Below are positions 10,157-20,294 of a stretch of DNA of 64,000 nt, one piece after another. Origin of the DNA: Fervidobacterium sp. (GTDB lineage: Bacteria; Thermotogota; Thermotogae; Thermotogales; Fervidobacteriaceae). How positions within the stretch are numbered: position 1 is the stretch's first letter; every line of letters starts with the position of its first letter. The position numbers and the translations under genes are program-made. The stretch covers positions 384,001 through 448,000 of the forward strand of contig JBMFNR010000001.1 in the NCBI GenBank assembly GCA_049970055.1. Direction: 5' to 3'. The notes beneath the pieces are model-generated. The model was not told the origin of the DNA, ran no database searches, and was given only the letters and a program-made list of their open reading frames with translations.

Positions 10157-11488
10157 ATGAAAGATATGAAAGAAAAGATTCTCTCCTCACTAAGAGAAAA
10201 AATAAACAGGCATCAGTGGGAACATTGGTTTGTTGATTTCACAGTTAAATACGTTCAAGATACCCACGTTGTTTTTGAAGTGGGAAATATGTTTATTAAG
10301 GGGTATATCGAAAAAAAATTTGACAAGATAATAAGAAAAATACTTTACGAAGTATTTGGTCAAAACGCAACTTACGAGATTATTTACGCACAGATTCAAC
10401 AAGAAGAAGAAAATCTTAGCATTCCTGATAACGTAGCGTTAGTTAGAAAAAGACCAGTTCTGATAACACCACTCAACCCAAGATATACTTTCGAGAACTT
10501 TGTTGTTGATGAATTTAATCAATTTGCTTACAATCTACTACTGGAAGCTGCAAAAAAATTAGGAACTTACAATCCGATATTTATTTACAGTGAAGCAGGA
10601 ATGGGAAAAACCCACTTGGTACAAGCCTTTGGAAATTATTTGCTTGAAAATAATCCGGACTTGAGATTTGCTTACCTTACGAGTGAAACATTTATGAACG
10701 AACTAATCTCGAAACTGAAGGCAGGAAACGTTGAAGAATTCAGAGAAAAGTATCGAAAGAAAGTCGATGTTTTGGTCATCGACGATATTCAGTTTCTTGC
10801 TGGCAAAAAAGGTGTTCAAATTGAGCTTTTTCACACCTTTAACACGTTGTACGAAGCAGGCAAACAAATCATAGTGTGTTCAGATAGATCACCAAAGGAG
10901 CTTAAAGAATTTCAAGACAGGGTAATTTCGAGGTTTCAGATGGGCGTAGTTGTTCAGATCAAAACGCCTTCAGTTGACGCTGTCTATCGAATAGCTAAAA
11001 AGGTTGTCGAAGACGAAAAGTCGGACATCCCTGATGATATATTATTGTACATAGCGAAGAATTTTAAAGGCAGTATAAGAATACTTAAAGGTGGGATAGT
11101 AAAGCTGATTGCTTACAAGAGTATGTACCACTCATTTGATCTTTCAACTGTGCGTATGCTTTTGAAAGACATACTTGTTGAAGAAAGAAGAGATGAGGAT
11201 ATAATAGATATCATTGCAAACTCTGTAGGCGTTACAAAGGATGATTTATTTTCCAACAAAAAAGACAAAAAAATTGTTGCTGCAAGACAACTTGCGATGT
11301 ACATTCTTAGCAATCGGTATCAGATGTCTGCAAGAAAGATAGCCAACATGTTTGGAAAAAGCCACCCTGCAATCTTATCAAGCTTAAAAACTATGCAAGA
11401 AAAGGTACAAAAAGATCCAGAAGTGCAAAAGATGCTGAAAAAAATTGAAGATACTTTAATAAAAAGCGTTGGCAAAGCATTATCTTAA
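10157..11488 (+). CDS. dnaA: Chromosomal replication initiator DnaA
   Basis: LNPRYTFENFV, YNPIFIY, GMGKTHL, IDDIQF, ELFHTFN, DRSP, SRF, ARQLAMY. Confidence 0.96.
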   Translation: MKDMKEKILSSLREKINRHQWEHWFVDFTVKYVQDTHVVFEVGNMFIKGYIEKKFDKIIRKILYEVFGQNATYEIIYAQIQQEEENLSIPDNVALVRKRPVLITPLNPRYTFENFVVDEFNQFAYNLLLEAAKKLGTYNPIFIYSEAGMGKTHLVQAFGNYLLENNPDLRFAYLTSETFMNELISKLKAGNVEEFREKYRKKVDVLVIDDIQFLAGKKGVQIELFHTFNTLYEAGKQIIVCSDRSPKELKEFQDRVISRFQMGVVVQIKTPSVDAVYRIAKKVVEDEKSDIPDDILLYIAKNFKGSIRILKGGIVKLIAYKSMYHSFDLSTVRMLLKDILVEERRDEDIIDIIANSVGVTKDDLFSNKKDKKIVAARQLAMYILSNRYQMSARKIANMFGKSHPAILSSLKTMQEKVQKDPEVQKMLKKIEDTLIKSVGKALS

Positions 11489-11507
11489 TTCAATTAAATA
11501 CAATGTC

Positions 11508-11536
11508 TTGTCATTAATTGATGTTTATGTTATAAT
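11508..11536 (+). promoter_or_regulatory. Housekeeping sigma promoter of ferredoxin
   Basis: TTGTCA-17 bp-TATAAT with an extended -10 TG. Confidence 0.7.
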
Positions 11537-11565
11537 AGCCGTGAATTTGGATAAGGAGGTGCTAA

Positions 11566-11751
<186 letters not shown>

Positions 11752-11790
11752 TGTACTTTAAGTAGGTAGAGAGTAAATCAAAGGCAAGGA

Positions 11791-11815
11791 AACGGGGTTA
11801 ACCCCCGTTTTTTTG
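11791..11815 (+). terminator. Intrinsic terminator after ferredoxin
   Basis: AAACGGGG...CCCCGTTT followed by a T-run. Confidence 0.8.
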
Positions 11816-12065
11816 TGTACTATTAAGCTATTTAACGAATTTGAATTTTATATATACGAATTTTGCTTGACTATGGTTAGGTAATTAAAGCTAAGAACAA
11901 ATTTTCCTTGTTTTTCATTGTTTCCAATTATTTTTCTATGTTAACCGTGTAAAAATTCGATTGATTTTATTTCGTGTGGTATAATATAATTAAAAAGCCA
12001 AAAAAATAAACGCTGTTCTGAAATAACGTATACAGCAAATATATAGCAAAGGAAGGTGCAAAGAG

Positions 12066-13916
12066 GTGGTAAGTAAAGAGCTTATGACAAGAAAAAGAAA
12101 AGTTCTCGCTGTTTTACTTTTACTTTGTATTTCTTTTACTTTTTTTGCACTTGATTTGAAACAGGCGGAAGATTATTACAAGTCATTTTTTGAGAGCCCT
12201 TCACCTTACGGTTCTTATATTAAAAAGCTCATTTACAATGATCTTCCACTTTACAGGTTCTTCAAAATTTACATGGTAGGATCGACCGAAAAGTCGGAAA
12301 CAACAAAAAGAACAGGCGACTATTTAATTAATCTAAAACCCTTCGATGGTGTTGGTACGGACGAGGAGAAGCTAGCCAGAGCAATATATTTAACATATTG
12401 GGAAGCAAAGCTCAACAATAGGACGATCGATGTTGAAATAATAAAGAACTCCCCAATTTTTAACGAGTTTTTCTCAAATTACCAGATTAGAGTCTCCGAT
12501 GCGTTTAGAAATTATACACAGGATCTAGTAGCTTATCTTTTAGGTGTTAATGTTCCGCTTGATCTTATCCCAGAAAAACTAAAATCACTTAGAAAAGAAG
12601 TGATTAAGAATTTTGAATACCAACCTGTTTACAATAACGAAGAGAAAGAGGCTATATCAATTTTACTCGCAAGACCTGAAGTTATCGATGCTGTGCAAGA
12701 GATTATCGTTGATGCGCAAAATAACTCAAGTAGCTTAGATGATGAATCTTTAATATTTAGAACAAGTGCAAGTGTTTTTAGAAGTAGTTTTCAGTATATT
12801 GCAGGATTGAAAGACGAAATATCGACAAAATTTGTTGAGATAACACCAAAAGAGAGAAAATACAGTTGGATAAGATGGGCTATCTATGTTCCCTTCTTTG
12901 CTTTGTGGTACTTTCTATTCAAAGATATAAGTTTACCTTTCACATTATTTGTAGCTTCTGAAACAGTCTACATTGCTTCATTTATGGATATTCAGTCAAC
13001 CGTTAACGGTATGCTGTATGGATCTTTATTTGCGGTTGCTACGTTGTTCTCAATCATTCACTTCATTTTGAAAAAGAAGTACACATATGCGTTTATAGCG
13101 CTTTTAGCTATCATCACGCTTTTTATTCCATCGTTCTCAACTTCAGATGTCATCATGAACAATACTTTTTCAAACTCTCCATTTTATTCCGCTTTAGTTC
13201 AAGATGTCATTAAGGATCCTCTTGGAAAGATTCAAAGATACGCTAAGGATTTCAATACCACAGTGTCCGAGTCAATTCAATCCTTTACTACGCTGCTTTC
13301 CGACTTGCAAGAAGATGGCAACGTTTCTGAAGAATACTTCATTCCTGAAAACTTTTCTAAAAGAATAGAGTACGCCAAATCGCTTAAATCAAGACACGAA
13401 CGTATGGCAAAAGAAATTGACGATTTTGTTTATTTTGAAAGCGTTAGGATGAAGAAAGTAATCTCCATTAGAAAACATATGGAAAAACTTTTAAAAAGTA
13501 TTTCTTCTATATCTTCGAGTGACTTTAGAAAAGATCTTGGTGATTTCGTATTAAAGAATTTTTCTGAGCAAATATCACAACAACTTCTATCAATTATAAA
13601 TTCAACTCCACATAGAAATGCAGTGTTTTTGCCAGGATATAAAATCGAAAATTACCTAATTTCCACGATGCTTCTTTCACTTGCTCTGTTCTTAACAGCT
13701 CTCAATTTGCAGGAAGCGTTTATACCACTGATGGGTAGTATTGCAGTTTCCGTGCTTAGCTTATTGAAATACCAGACACTTTTTGTACAAGCAGGTGTAC
13801 CTCCGATAACGATCTTTGTAAATTGGGCAATTCCGTATGTTTTAGTGTTATCCGTTATGTTTGGTTTTCTTTGGCTTAAGGCATACAACACCTTTAGAAG
13901 GAGGGAGAAAGTATGA
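12066..13916 (+). CDS. Hypothetical multi-pass membrane protein
   Basis: 616-aa ORF with a signal-like N-terminus and two soluble domains alternating with TM clusters; overlaps the next gene by 4 nt. Confidence 0.75.
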   Translation: MVSKELMTRKRKVLAVLLLLCISFTFFALDLKQAEDYYKSFFESPSPYGSYIKKLIYNDLPLYRFFKIYMVGSTEKSETTKRTGDYLINLKPFDGVGTDEEKLARAIYLTYWEAKLNNRTIDVEIIKNSPIFNEFFSNYQIRVSDAFRNYTQDLVAYLLGVNVPLDLIPEKLKSLRKEVIKNFEYQPVYNNEEKEAISILLARPEVIDAVQEIIVDAQNNSSSLDDESLIFRTSASVFRSSFQYIAGLKDEISTKFVEITPKERKYSWIRWAIYVPFFALWYFLFKDISLPFTLFVASETVYIASFMDIQSTVNGMLYGSLFAVATLFSIIHFILKKKYTYAFIALLAIITLFIPSFSTSDVIMNNTFSNSPFYSALVQDVIKDPLGKIQRYAKDFNTTVSESIQSFTTLLSDLQEDGNVSEEYFIPENFSKRIEYAKSLKSRHERMAKEIDDFVYFESVRMKKVISIRKHMEKLLKSISSISSSDFRKDLGDFVLKNFSEQISQQLLSIINSTPHRNAVFLPGYKIENYLISTMLLSLALFLTALNLQEAFIPLMGSIAVSVLSLLKYQTLFVQAGVPPITIFVNWAIPYVLVLSVMFGFLWLKAYNTFRRREKV

Positions 13917-15016
13917 AGAAGTTTTTGGTAGTTTTACTGCTGGCGCTTGTCTTAACACTTGGTTTTTCATTCAAAGCGATTATGGTTACGGACACGGGAG
14001 GTCTTGGCGACAAGTCATTCAACGATGGTACATGGGCAGGTGTTCAAAAGGCAGCAAAAGAGTTAGGTGTTGAAGCAAAAGTCATTATGTCACAAGAACA
14101 GTCGGACTACATACCAAACCTTACAAAAGCTGCGGAAGAGGTTTCAAAGGAAAAAGATGGTGGTATAGTCTTTGCTGTTGGTTTCATGATGACGGATGCT
14201 CTACAAAAAGTTGCTAATCAATATCCAGCGGTTTACTTCGCAGGTATTGACATTGCATTTGATGGTAAAGAACTTCCAAACGTTATAAACTTTTTATTTA
14301 AAGAGCAAGAATCAGCGTTCCTCGTTGGCTACATTGCAGCTGCTATGACAAAAACGGGTAAAGTAGGATTCGTCGGTGGAATACCAATTCCCCCAGTTGA
14401 GAGATTCAGATACGGCTATGAGGCAGGTATTAAGGCATACCAAGATCTTAAAGGTAAGAAGATAACAGTTATCAGAGGTTACACAAACGAATTTAGCGAT
14501 CCTAAGAAAGGTAAGGACCTTGCAAATTCACAATTCTCGCAGGGCGCGGATATAATATTTGCTGCGGCTGGTGCGTGCGGTAATGGAGTTATCGAGGCTG
14601 CAAAAGAAAGAAGTGAAAAACTTGCTGGAAAGGGTCTCGATAATATTAAAAAGTATGCACTTTCAAATAAACCTCTTTACTACGCAATCGGTGTCGACGT
14701 TGACCAAGATTATATGGCACCTGGTGTTGTACTAACAAGTGCGATGAAAGGTGTAGACATGGCTGGTTATTATGGTGTAGTTTGGGCGTACAAAGGACAG
14801 TTCAAAGGCGGTGTAAAGAATCTCGGACTCAAAGAAAATGGTGTCAGGATGTCAGAGATGAAATACACAAAAGAAATAATCTCTGCACTTGCACCAAACG
14901 CAATCAATGAACTCGAGTACCTGAAACAACTTATAATTGATGGTAAGATCGTTGTACCAGATTCAGAAGACGCACTCAAAGCATTTACGATCAAGGGTAT
15001 AAAACTTCCAAAATAA
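13913..15016 (+). CDS. BMP-family (nucleoside) ABC substrate-binding protein
   Basis: DTGGLGDKSFN, FKEQESAFLVGY, GADIIFAAAG, IGVDVDQ; signal peptide without a lipobox Cys. Confidence 0.9.
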   Translation: MKKFLVVLLLALVLTLGFSFKAIMVTDTGGLGDKSFNDGTWAGVQKAAKELGVEAKVIMSQEQSDYIPNLTKAAEEVSKEKDGGIVFAVGFMMTDALQKVANQYPAVYFAGIDIAFDGKELPNVINFLFKEQESAFLVGYIAAAMTKTGKVGFVGGIPIPPVERFRYGYEAGIKAYQDLKGKKITVIRGYTNEFSDPKKGKDLANSQFSQGADIIFAAAGACGNGVIEAAKERSEKLAGKGLDNIKKYALSNKPLYYAIGVDVDQDYMAPGVVLTSAMKGVDMAGYYGVVWAYKGQFKGGVKNLGLKENGVRMSEMKYTKEIISALAPNAINELEYLKQLIIDGKIVVPDSEDALKAFTIKGIKLPK

Positions 15017-15062
15017 AATTGAAGGAAGTCGTTTCATCTAAGGATTGTTTAAAAATCATTCA

Positions 15063-15087
15063 AGCGGGGGCTCTCGCCCCCGGTTTT
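15063..15087 (+). terminator. Terminator-like / mRNA-stabilising hairpin after the BMP gene
   Basis: CGGGGGC-TCTC-GCCCCCG followed by GTTTT. Confidence 0.6.
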
Positions 15088-15235
15088 AATAGTTAATTGG
15101 CAGTCAACTGATATTCAATTGGCAATTGATTGAATAATTAATTAATCAGTAGTCTACAATCATCAGTACTAAAATCTGTTGATTGTAGACTGCTGGTTAA
15201 GCGAACGAAAATACCCAATCAACGGAGGTGGCGTG

Positions 15236-16816
15236 TTGGTGAGTTCAAAAGTTCAGAACAAAGTACATGACTTGGGAAAAGAACAACCCTATGCTGTAGA
15301 GATGATGAATATAACAAAAAGATTTCCTGGAGTTTTGGCAAACGATAAGGTTACGATACGTATAAAAAAGGGAGAAATCCATGCTATTGTTGGTGAAAAC
15401 GGTGCAGGCAAAAGCACTTTGATGAATCAACTCTACGGTTTGTACCATCCAGATAGCGGAGAGATAAGGATCTTCGGTGAGAAAAAAGTTTTTACTGGTC
15501 CAAGAGATGCTATTAAAGCTGGTATCGGTATGGTTCACCAGCATTTCATGCTCGTTAATACGTTAACGGTGGCGGAAAATGTTGTATTAGGTAATGAGCC
15601 AACGAAAGGGGTTAATTTCGATCTCAGAAAAGCACGAGAACAAGTGAAAGAATTGTCAGAAAAGTACGGACTTTACGTTGATGTTGACGCGAAAATAGAA
15701 GATATCCCTGTTGGAATGCAACAAAGAGTTGAGATAATCAAGACCCTTTATCGTGGTGCGAATATAATCATTTTGGACGAGCCAACAGCTGTCTTAACGC
15801 CTCAAGAAGTCGAGGAACTTTTTGTTATAATGAGAAATCTCAAAAATGCTGGAAAGACACTTTTATTTATCTCACATAAGTTAAACGAAGTTATGGAAAT
15901 AAGTGACAGGATCACAGTGATGCGTGGTGGAAAAGTGACAGCAGAGCTGATTACTAAGGAGACAAATGAAAGAGAAATAGCAAGAGCAATGGTGGGGCGT
16001 GATGTCGTGCTCAAACTCGATAAAGCTCATCACGAGCCCAAAGAAGTAATGTTTGAGGTCAAAGATCTATGGGTTAAAGACAATAGGCACCTCGATGCTG
16101 TTAGAGGTGTTTCGTTTGTAGTGCGGCGTGGTGAGGTCGTTGGTATTGCAGGTGTAGCAGGTAATGGTCAAACCGAATTAGTTGAAGCAATAACAGGTTT
16201 AAGAAAGGTGGAAAAAGGACAGGTAATCCTTGAAGGAAAAGATGTAACAAATGCGCACCCTAGAGCGCTACGAGAAAAGGGAATGACACATATCGCCGAA
16301 GATAGATTAAAGCATGCTCTCATAAAACAATTCACGGCATACTATAACGTCATTCTTGGTAAACATTATAAAAAACCTTTTGCAAATAACGCATTTTTAA
16401 ATCACAAAGAGATCAAAAGATACACGGCGGAACTTATGGAGGAGTTCGATGTAAGACCAAGAATCATAGAGCATTTAGGTGGGAATTTTTCCGGTGGAAA
16501 TCAGCAAAAGCTCGTTGTAGGTAGAGAAATCAAAGCTGGTCCCAAATTCATGGTTGTTGCGCAGCCAACAAGGGGATTAGATGTTGGAGCTATCGAATTT
16601 ATTCATAGACAAATACTGAGAATGAGAGAACAAGATGTTGCAATACTACTTATTTCAATGGAACTTGAAGAAATATTCTCGTTGAGTGACAGGATATTAG
16701 TTATGTACGAGGGTCAGATAATGGGTGAGGTTAAACCAGAAGAAACAACCGTAGAGGAAGTTGGACTTATGATGGCAGGTAAGAGATTAGAAGAAGTAAG
16801 AGGTGGTAAGAAATGA
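15236..16816 (+). CDS. Nucleoside/sugar ABC transporter ATPase with two ABC domains
   Basis: GENGAGKST, GMVHQHF, LDEPTAVL, FSGGNQQK, QPTRGLD; start placed from the GGAGGT SD (15236 or 15239). Confidence 0.92.
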   Translation: MVSSKVQNKVHDLGKEQPYAVEMMNITKRFPGVLANDKVTIRIKKGEIHAIVGENGAGKSTLMNQLYGLYHPDSGEIRIFGEKKVFTGPRDAIKAGIGMVHQHFMLVNTLTVAENVVLGNEPTKGVNFDLRKAREQVKELSEKYGLYVDVDAKIEDIPVGMQQRVEIIKTLYRGANIIILDEPTAVLTPQEVEELFVIMRNLKNAGKTLLFISHKLNEVMEISDRITVMRGGKVTAELITKETNEREIARAMVGRDVVLKLDKAHHEPKEVMFEVKDLWVKDNRHLDAVRGVSFVVRRGEVVGIAGVAGNGQTELVEAITGLRKVEKGQVILEGKDVTNAHPRALREKGMTHIAEDRLKHALIKQFTAYYNVILGKHYKKPFANNAFLNHKEIKRYTAELMEEFDVRPRIIEHLGGNFSGGNQQKLVVGREIKAGPKFMVVAQPTRGLDVGAIEFIHRQILRMREQDVAILLISMELEEIFSLSDRILVMYEGQIMGEVKPEETTVEEVGLMMAGKRLEEVRGGKK

Positions 16817-17847
16817 AAAAATTTGTCGAAAACATAGCAGTGCCGCTGATTTCTGTTTTAATTGCGTTGATCATTTCTGCGTTTATTATACTTGCAATAG
16901 GGAAAAACCCAATCCTGGCTTATGGAAGACTGTTGCACGGCGCTTTTGGGAGTAAGCAAGCTATAATTGATACGCTCATTAAAACAACACCACTTATCCT
17001 TACTGGTCTTGCCGTTGGTTTTGGTTTCAGGGCTGGAGTATTTAACATAGGTGCCGAAGGTCAGATGGCTATGGGAGCTCTTGTTGCGGCCAGTGTTGCA
17101 AGTAATTTTGGGGGGTTACCACCGGTAATTGCCATTCCTTTAACGATGGTTATAGGTATGGCTGCAGGGGCGGGGTGGGCAGCTATAGCGGGTTTTTTGA
17201 AAGCGAAGACAGGAGCACACGAAGTTGTTACCACGATCATGCTTAACTGGACAACGACTTACATTGCTTCTTTTGTAGTAACTGGTCCATTGGCAACAGG
17301 ATCTGGTACACCAAAGAGCCCGGAGATTGCATTATCTGCGCAATTACCGATATTGATGAGAGTTGGGGCTATGGAACTCAGCAGTGGAATTATTATATCT
17401 ATTGTTGCAGCTATATTTATGTATGTATTTTTAAATAAAACAACAATGGGATACGAGATAAAAGCTGTTGGTTTTAACCCCTATGCAGCAGAATATGGCG
17501 GTATAAGCTTTGCGAAAAATATAGTTCTTGCAATGGCCATAAGTGGAGCTTTGGCGGGTCTTGCCGGAGTTACAGAGTTGATGGGAGTTCACCATAGATT
17601 CTTGGGAGAACTTTCCGGCGGTAAAGGTTTCGACGGTATCAGTATCGCATTAATTGGTCAGAATAACCCGATCGGAATAATATTTGCAGCACTGTTAATC
17701 GGTGCGTTAAGGACAGGTAGTAACGAAATGCAATTCATGGGAGTTTCTAAATATGTCGTCATTATCGTCCAAGCAATAGTTATATTCCTTGTGGCTGCTG
17801 ATAGAATCGTGCGCACAATTTATGTAAGAAAGAAGGTGAAAGCATGA
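16813..17847 (+). CDS. Nucleoside ABC permease 1
   Basis: FNIGAEGQ, HEVVTTIMLN and GFDGI motifs; hydrophobic. Confidence 0.9.
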   Translation: MKKFVENIAVPLISVLIALIISAFIILAIGKNPILAYGRLLHGAFGSKQAIIDTLIKTTPLILTGLAVGFGFRAGVFNIGAEGQMAMGALVAASVASNFGGLPPVIAIPLTMVIGMAAGAGWAAIAGFLKAKTGAHEVVTTIMLNWTTTYIASFVVTGPLATGSGTPKSPEIALSAQLPILMRVGAMELSSGIIISIVAAIFMYVFLNKTTMGYEIKAVGFNPYAAEYGGISFAKNIVLAMAISGALAGLAGVTELMGVHHRFLGELSGGKGFDGISIALIGQNNPIGIIFAALLIGALRTGSNEMQFMGVSKYVVIIVQAIVIFLVAADRIVRTIYVRKKVKA

Positions 17848-18803
17848 GAATACTCCAAGCTGTACTTTCCATATTTATAAATCCACAGTTTTACAAGATC
17901 GCGTTAACAACCGCTACGCCTCTTATTTTCACGTCACTTGGTGGAGTTTTTAGTGAAGTTACTGGCGTTGTCAATATCGCGCTCGAAGGAATTATATTGA
18001 TGGGGGCATTCACTTCTGTTGTTTTCACTTATCTGACTGGTAACGTATGGTTCGGAGTGTTTATGGCAATAGTAAGTGGTATTTTGCTTGCGTTGTTACA
18101 TGCGTGGGGAAGTATAAAATGGGCTGGTAACCAAGTTGTACTTGGCACAGCGATTATACTACTTTCACAAGGGCTTACAGGTTTTTTAATGGAACCAATC
18201 TTTGGTCAGCCAGGTCAGACGGATTTTGTTGGAAAAATCGATGAAATAACAATTCCGGGGCTTGTAAATGTACCGTTCATTGGAAAAATAATTGGAGAAA
18301 TTAGCCCATTTGTCTACATTGCATTTGCTTGTGTTTTATTTGGTTGGTGGCTTATTTACAAAACAAAGTTAGGTTTAAGGATGAGAGCAGTAGGTGAAAA
18401 CCCAGAAGCAGCAGATACACTGGGTGTAAATGTTTTTGCTATAAGGTACTTTGGAGTTATAATGAGTGGTGTTTTTGCCTCACTTGCTGGTGCGTACCTT
18501 AGTGTTGGTGAGATAGGCCAGTTTAAAGAATTGATGTCCGGTGGAAGAGGATTTATTGGTCTTGCGGCCATGATTATTGGTAAGTGGAATCCGGTAGGAG
18601 CTATGCTTGCGAGTTTGTTCTTTGGTTTTTTTGGTGCTTTTTCAAATCAACTTCAGAGTTTACAACAAATTTCCGTTGCTTCAAACATGAAATCGCTCTT
18701 TGATACGATTCCATTTATACTCACAATTATCGTTGTTGCCGGATTCGTTGGAAAATCAAGAGCACCCGCTGCAGACGGTGTACCTTATGAAAAACACGGA
18801 TAA
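17844..18803 (+). CDS. Nucleoside ABC permease 2
   Basis: GVVNIALEG, RAVGENPEAA, GRGFIGLAA. Confidence 0.9.
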   Translation: MRILQAVLSIFINPQFYKIALTTATPLIFTSLGGVFSEVTGVVNIALEGIILMGAFTSVVFTYLTGNVWFGVFMAIVSGILLALLHAWGSIKWAGNQVVLGTAIILLSQGLTGFLMEPIFGQPGQTDFVGKIDEITIPGLVNVPFIGKIIGEISPFVYIAFACVLFGWWLIYKTKLGLRMRAVGENPEAADTLGVNVFAIRYFGVIMSGVFASLAGAYLSVGEIGQFKELMSGGRGFIGLAAMIIGKWNPVGAMLASLFFGFFGAFSNQLQSLQQISVASNMKSLFDTIPFILTIIVVAGFVGKSRAPAADGVPYEKHG

Positions 18804-18833
18804 TTTTGCGCAAGCTTAAAAAAGGTGATTCCA

Positions 18834-19232
18834 ATGCTCAAAAAATTGGAGATCGGAACCTCGAAACGTGTAGAATTTATAGATATCACACCGCTTATTT
18901 CTTTAATTGTGAGTGAATCTAATGTAAAAGAAGGTATCTGCATTGTGTACGTACCACATACAACGTGTGGGTTAACCGTAAATGAACACGCTGATCCATC
19001 GGTTGTCAGTGATATAATAAATCAGGTAGGAAGGTTAATACCACAGGATGCTAATTACGAACATATGGAGGGCAATTCGGATGCTCATATCAAAACCTCT
19101 CTTTTTGGTAATAGTCTTACAATCATAATAAGTAATGGTAAACTCTTACTTGGTGCTTGGCAGGGAATATTCTTCTGTGAATTCGATGGTCCAAGAAGAA
19201 GAAACATATACGTAAAGATTATGGAGGGTTAA
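18834..19232 (+). CDS. yjbQ: YjbQ/UPF0047 family protein
   Basis: PHTTCG, NSDAHIK, LGAWQGIFFCEFDGPR. Confidence 0.9.
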   Translation: MLKKLEIGTSKRVEFIDITPLISLIVSESNVKEGICIVYVPHTTCGLTVNEHADPSVVSDIINQVGRLIPQDANYEHMEGNSDAHIKTSLFGNSLTIIISNGKLLLGAWQGIFFCEFDGPRRRNIYVKIMEG

Positions 19233-19234
19233 TC

Positions 19235-19717
19235 TTGAACCTTCTAATCGAAGGACTACCGGGAAGTGGTAAAAGTTTAATTAGTGAAATACTCAGTAAA
19301 GACTTCGGTTATAACTTAATAGAAGTTGAAAAAGTCTTTGAGATAGAAGCAGGTACAACTTTGTGCGATGTAGTAAAACACAACGGCTTTCAAAAAGCAG
19401 CACACGTGGAACGTAAAATTCTTGAACGATTTCGAAAAGGATATGGTAGAATAATACTTGGTTGCGGTATGATAGATAATTTTGTACTCGACAATTTCCT
19501 AGTTGTGTATCTAAAAATCCCTAAGGAAAGATTTCTTGAGAGCTTCCAAAGGTGTTCTTCAAAGAGTAATTTAGAAGCACATTACAACAAATTTCATCGT
19601 TTTCTTAGTACCCACGCAGATTTAGTTATATCTGTCCAGCACAAGATGAAATTTGAAATATGTGTAATAATAGACGATTTTTTCAAGAAAAATATAATTC
19701 ACAAGCAAAACACTTGA
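19235..19717 (+). CDS. Shikimate-kinase-like P-loop kinase
   Basis: GLPGSGKS Walker A in a 160-aa NMP-kinase-like layout; substrate-binding motifs are divergent. Confidence 0.6.
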   Translation: MNLLIEGLPGSGKSLISEILSKDFGYNLIEVEKVFEIEAGTTLCDVVKHNGFQKAAHVERKILERFRKGYGRIILGCGMIDNFVLDNFLVVYLKIPKERFLESFQRCSSKSNLEAHYNKFHRFLSTHADLVISVQHKMKFEICVIIDDFFKKNIIHKQNT

Positions 19718-19801
19718 TTTTTTGATATGTTTTGTGATATAATAACGTAGAAATGTGTATCCATCGTACTCTTGATTTTCACATATTAAAAGTGCTATTA
19801 T
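19714..19801 (+). promoter_or_regulatory. Two tandem housekeeping-type promoters upstream of hup
   Basis: TTGATT-18-TATAAT (19714-19743) and TTGATT-18-TATTAT (19772-19801), both with an extended -10 TG. Confidence 0.5.
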
Positions 19802-19839
19802 ATATGTGTGTTTACTACTTATTAAAGGAGGGGGATTGT

Positions 19840-20115
19840 ATGAACAAAAAGACACTTGTCAACGCAGTTGCGGAAAAAACACAACTCAAGAAAAAAGATG
19901 TTAAGGCAGTTATTGACACACTATTTGAAGTTATAGCAGAAACACTCGAAAAGGGCGAAAAAGTACAACTTGTCGATTTCGGTACATTCGAAGTTAGGAA
20001 GATGGAAGGTAGAACAGGAGTTAACCCAAGAACGAAAGCAAAGATTAAGATTCCTTCAAGAAAAGTTCCAAAGTTCAAACCTGGAAAAGTTCTCAAAGAA
20101 AGAGTCAACAAATAA
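19840..20115 (+). CDS. hup: DNA-binding protein HU
   Basis: MNKKTLV...FGTFEV...GVNPRT...PKFKPGK; ATG at 19840 with a GGAGG SD. Confidence 0.96.
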   Translation: MNKKTLVNAVAEKTQLKKKDVKAVIDTLFEVIAETLEKGEKVQLVDFGTFEVRKMEGRTGVNPRTKAKIKIPSRKVPKFKPGKVLKERVNK

Positions 20116-20149
20116 TAACAAGTGCTCGAAAGTGAATTTACTGGCAATG

Positions 20150-20180
20150 AAAACCGGGGAGTTTGTCCCCGGTTTTTTAT
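20150..20180 (+). terminator. Intrinsic terminator after hup
   Basis: AAAACCGGGGA...TCCCCGGTTTTTT. Confidence 0.8.
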
Positions 20181-20294
20181 TTGCGGCTTTATTTATATTC
20201 CCAACAAGACATTAATCTGGTATAATTTGATAAGAAATATAATCTTCAGAAGTTTCAGAATTTCGACTGAGGTTTTAATTACGGAGGTGTCATC

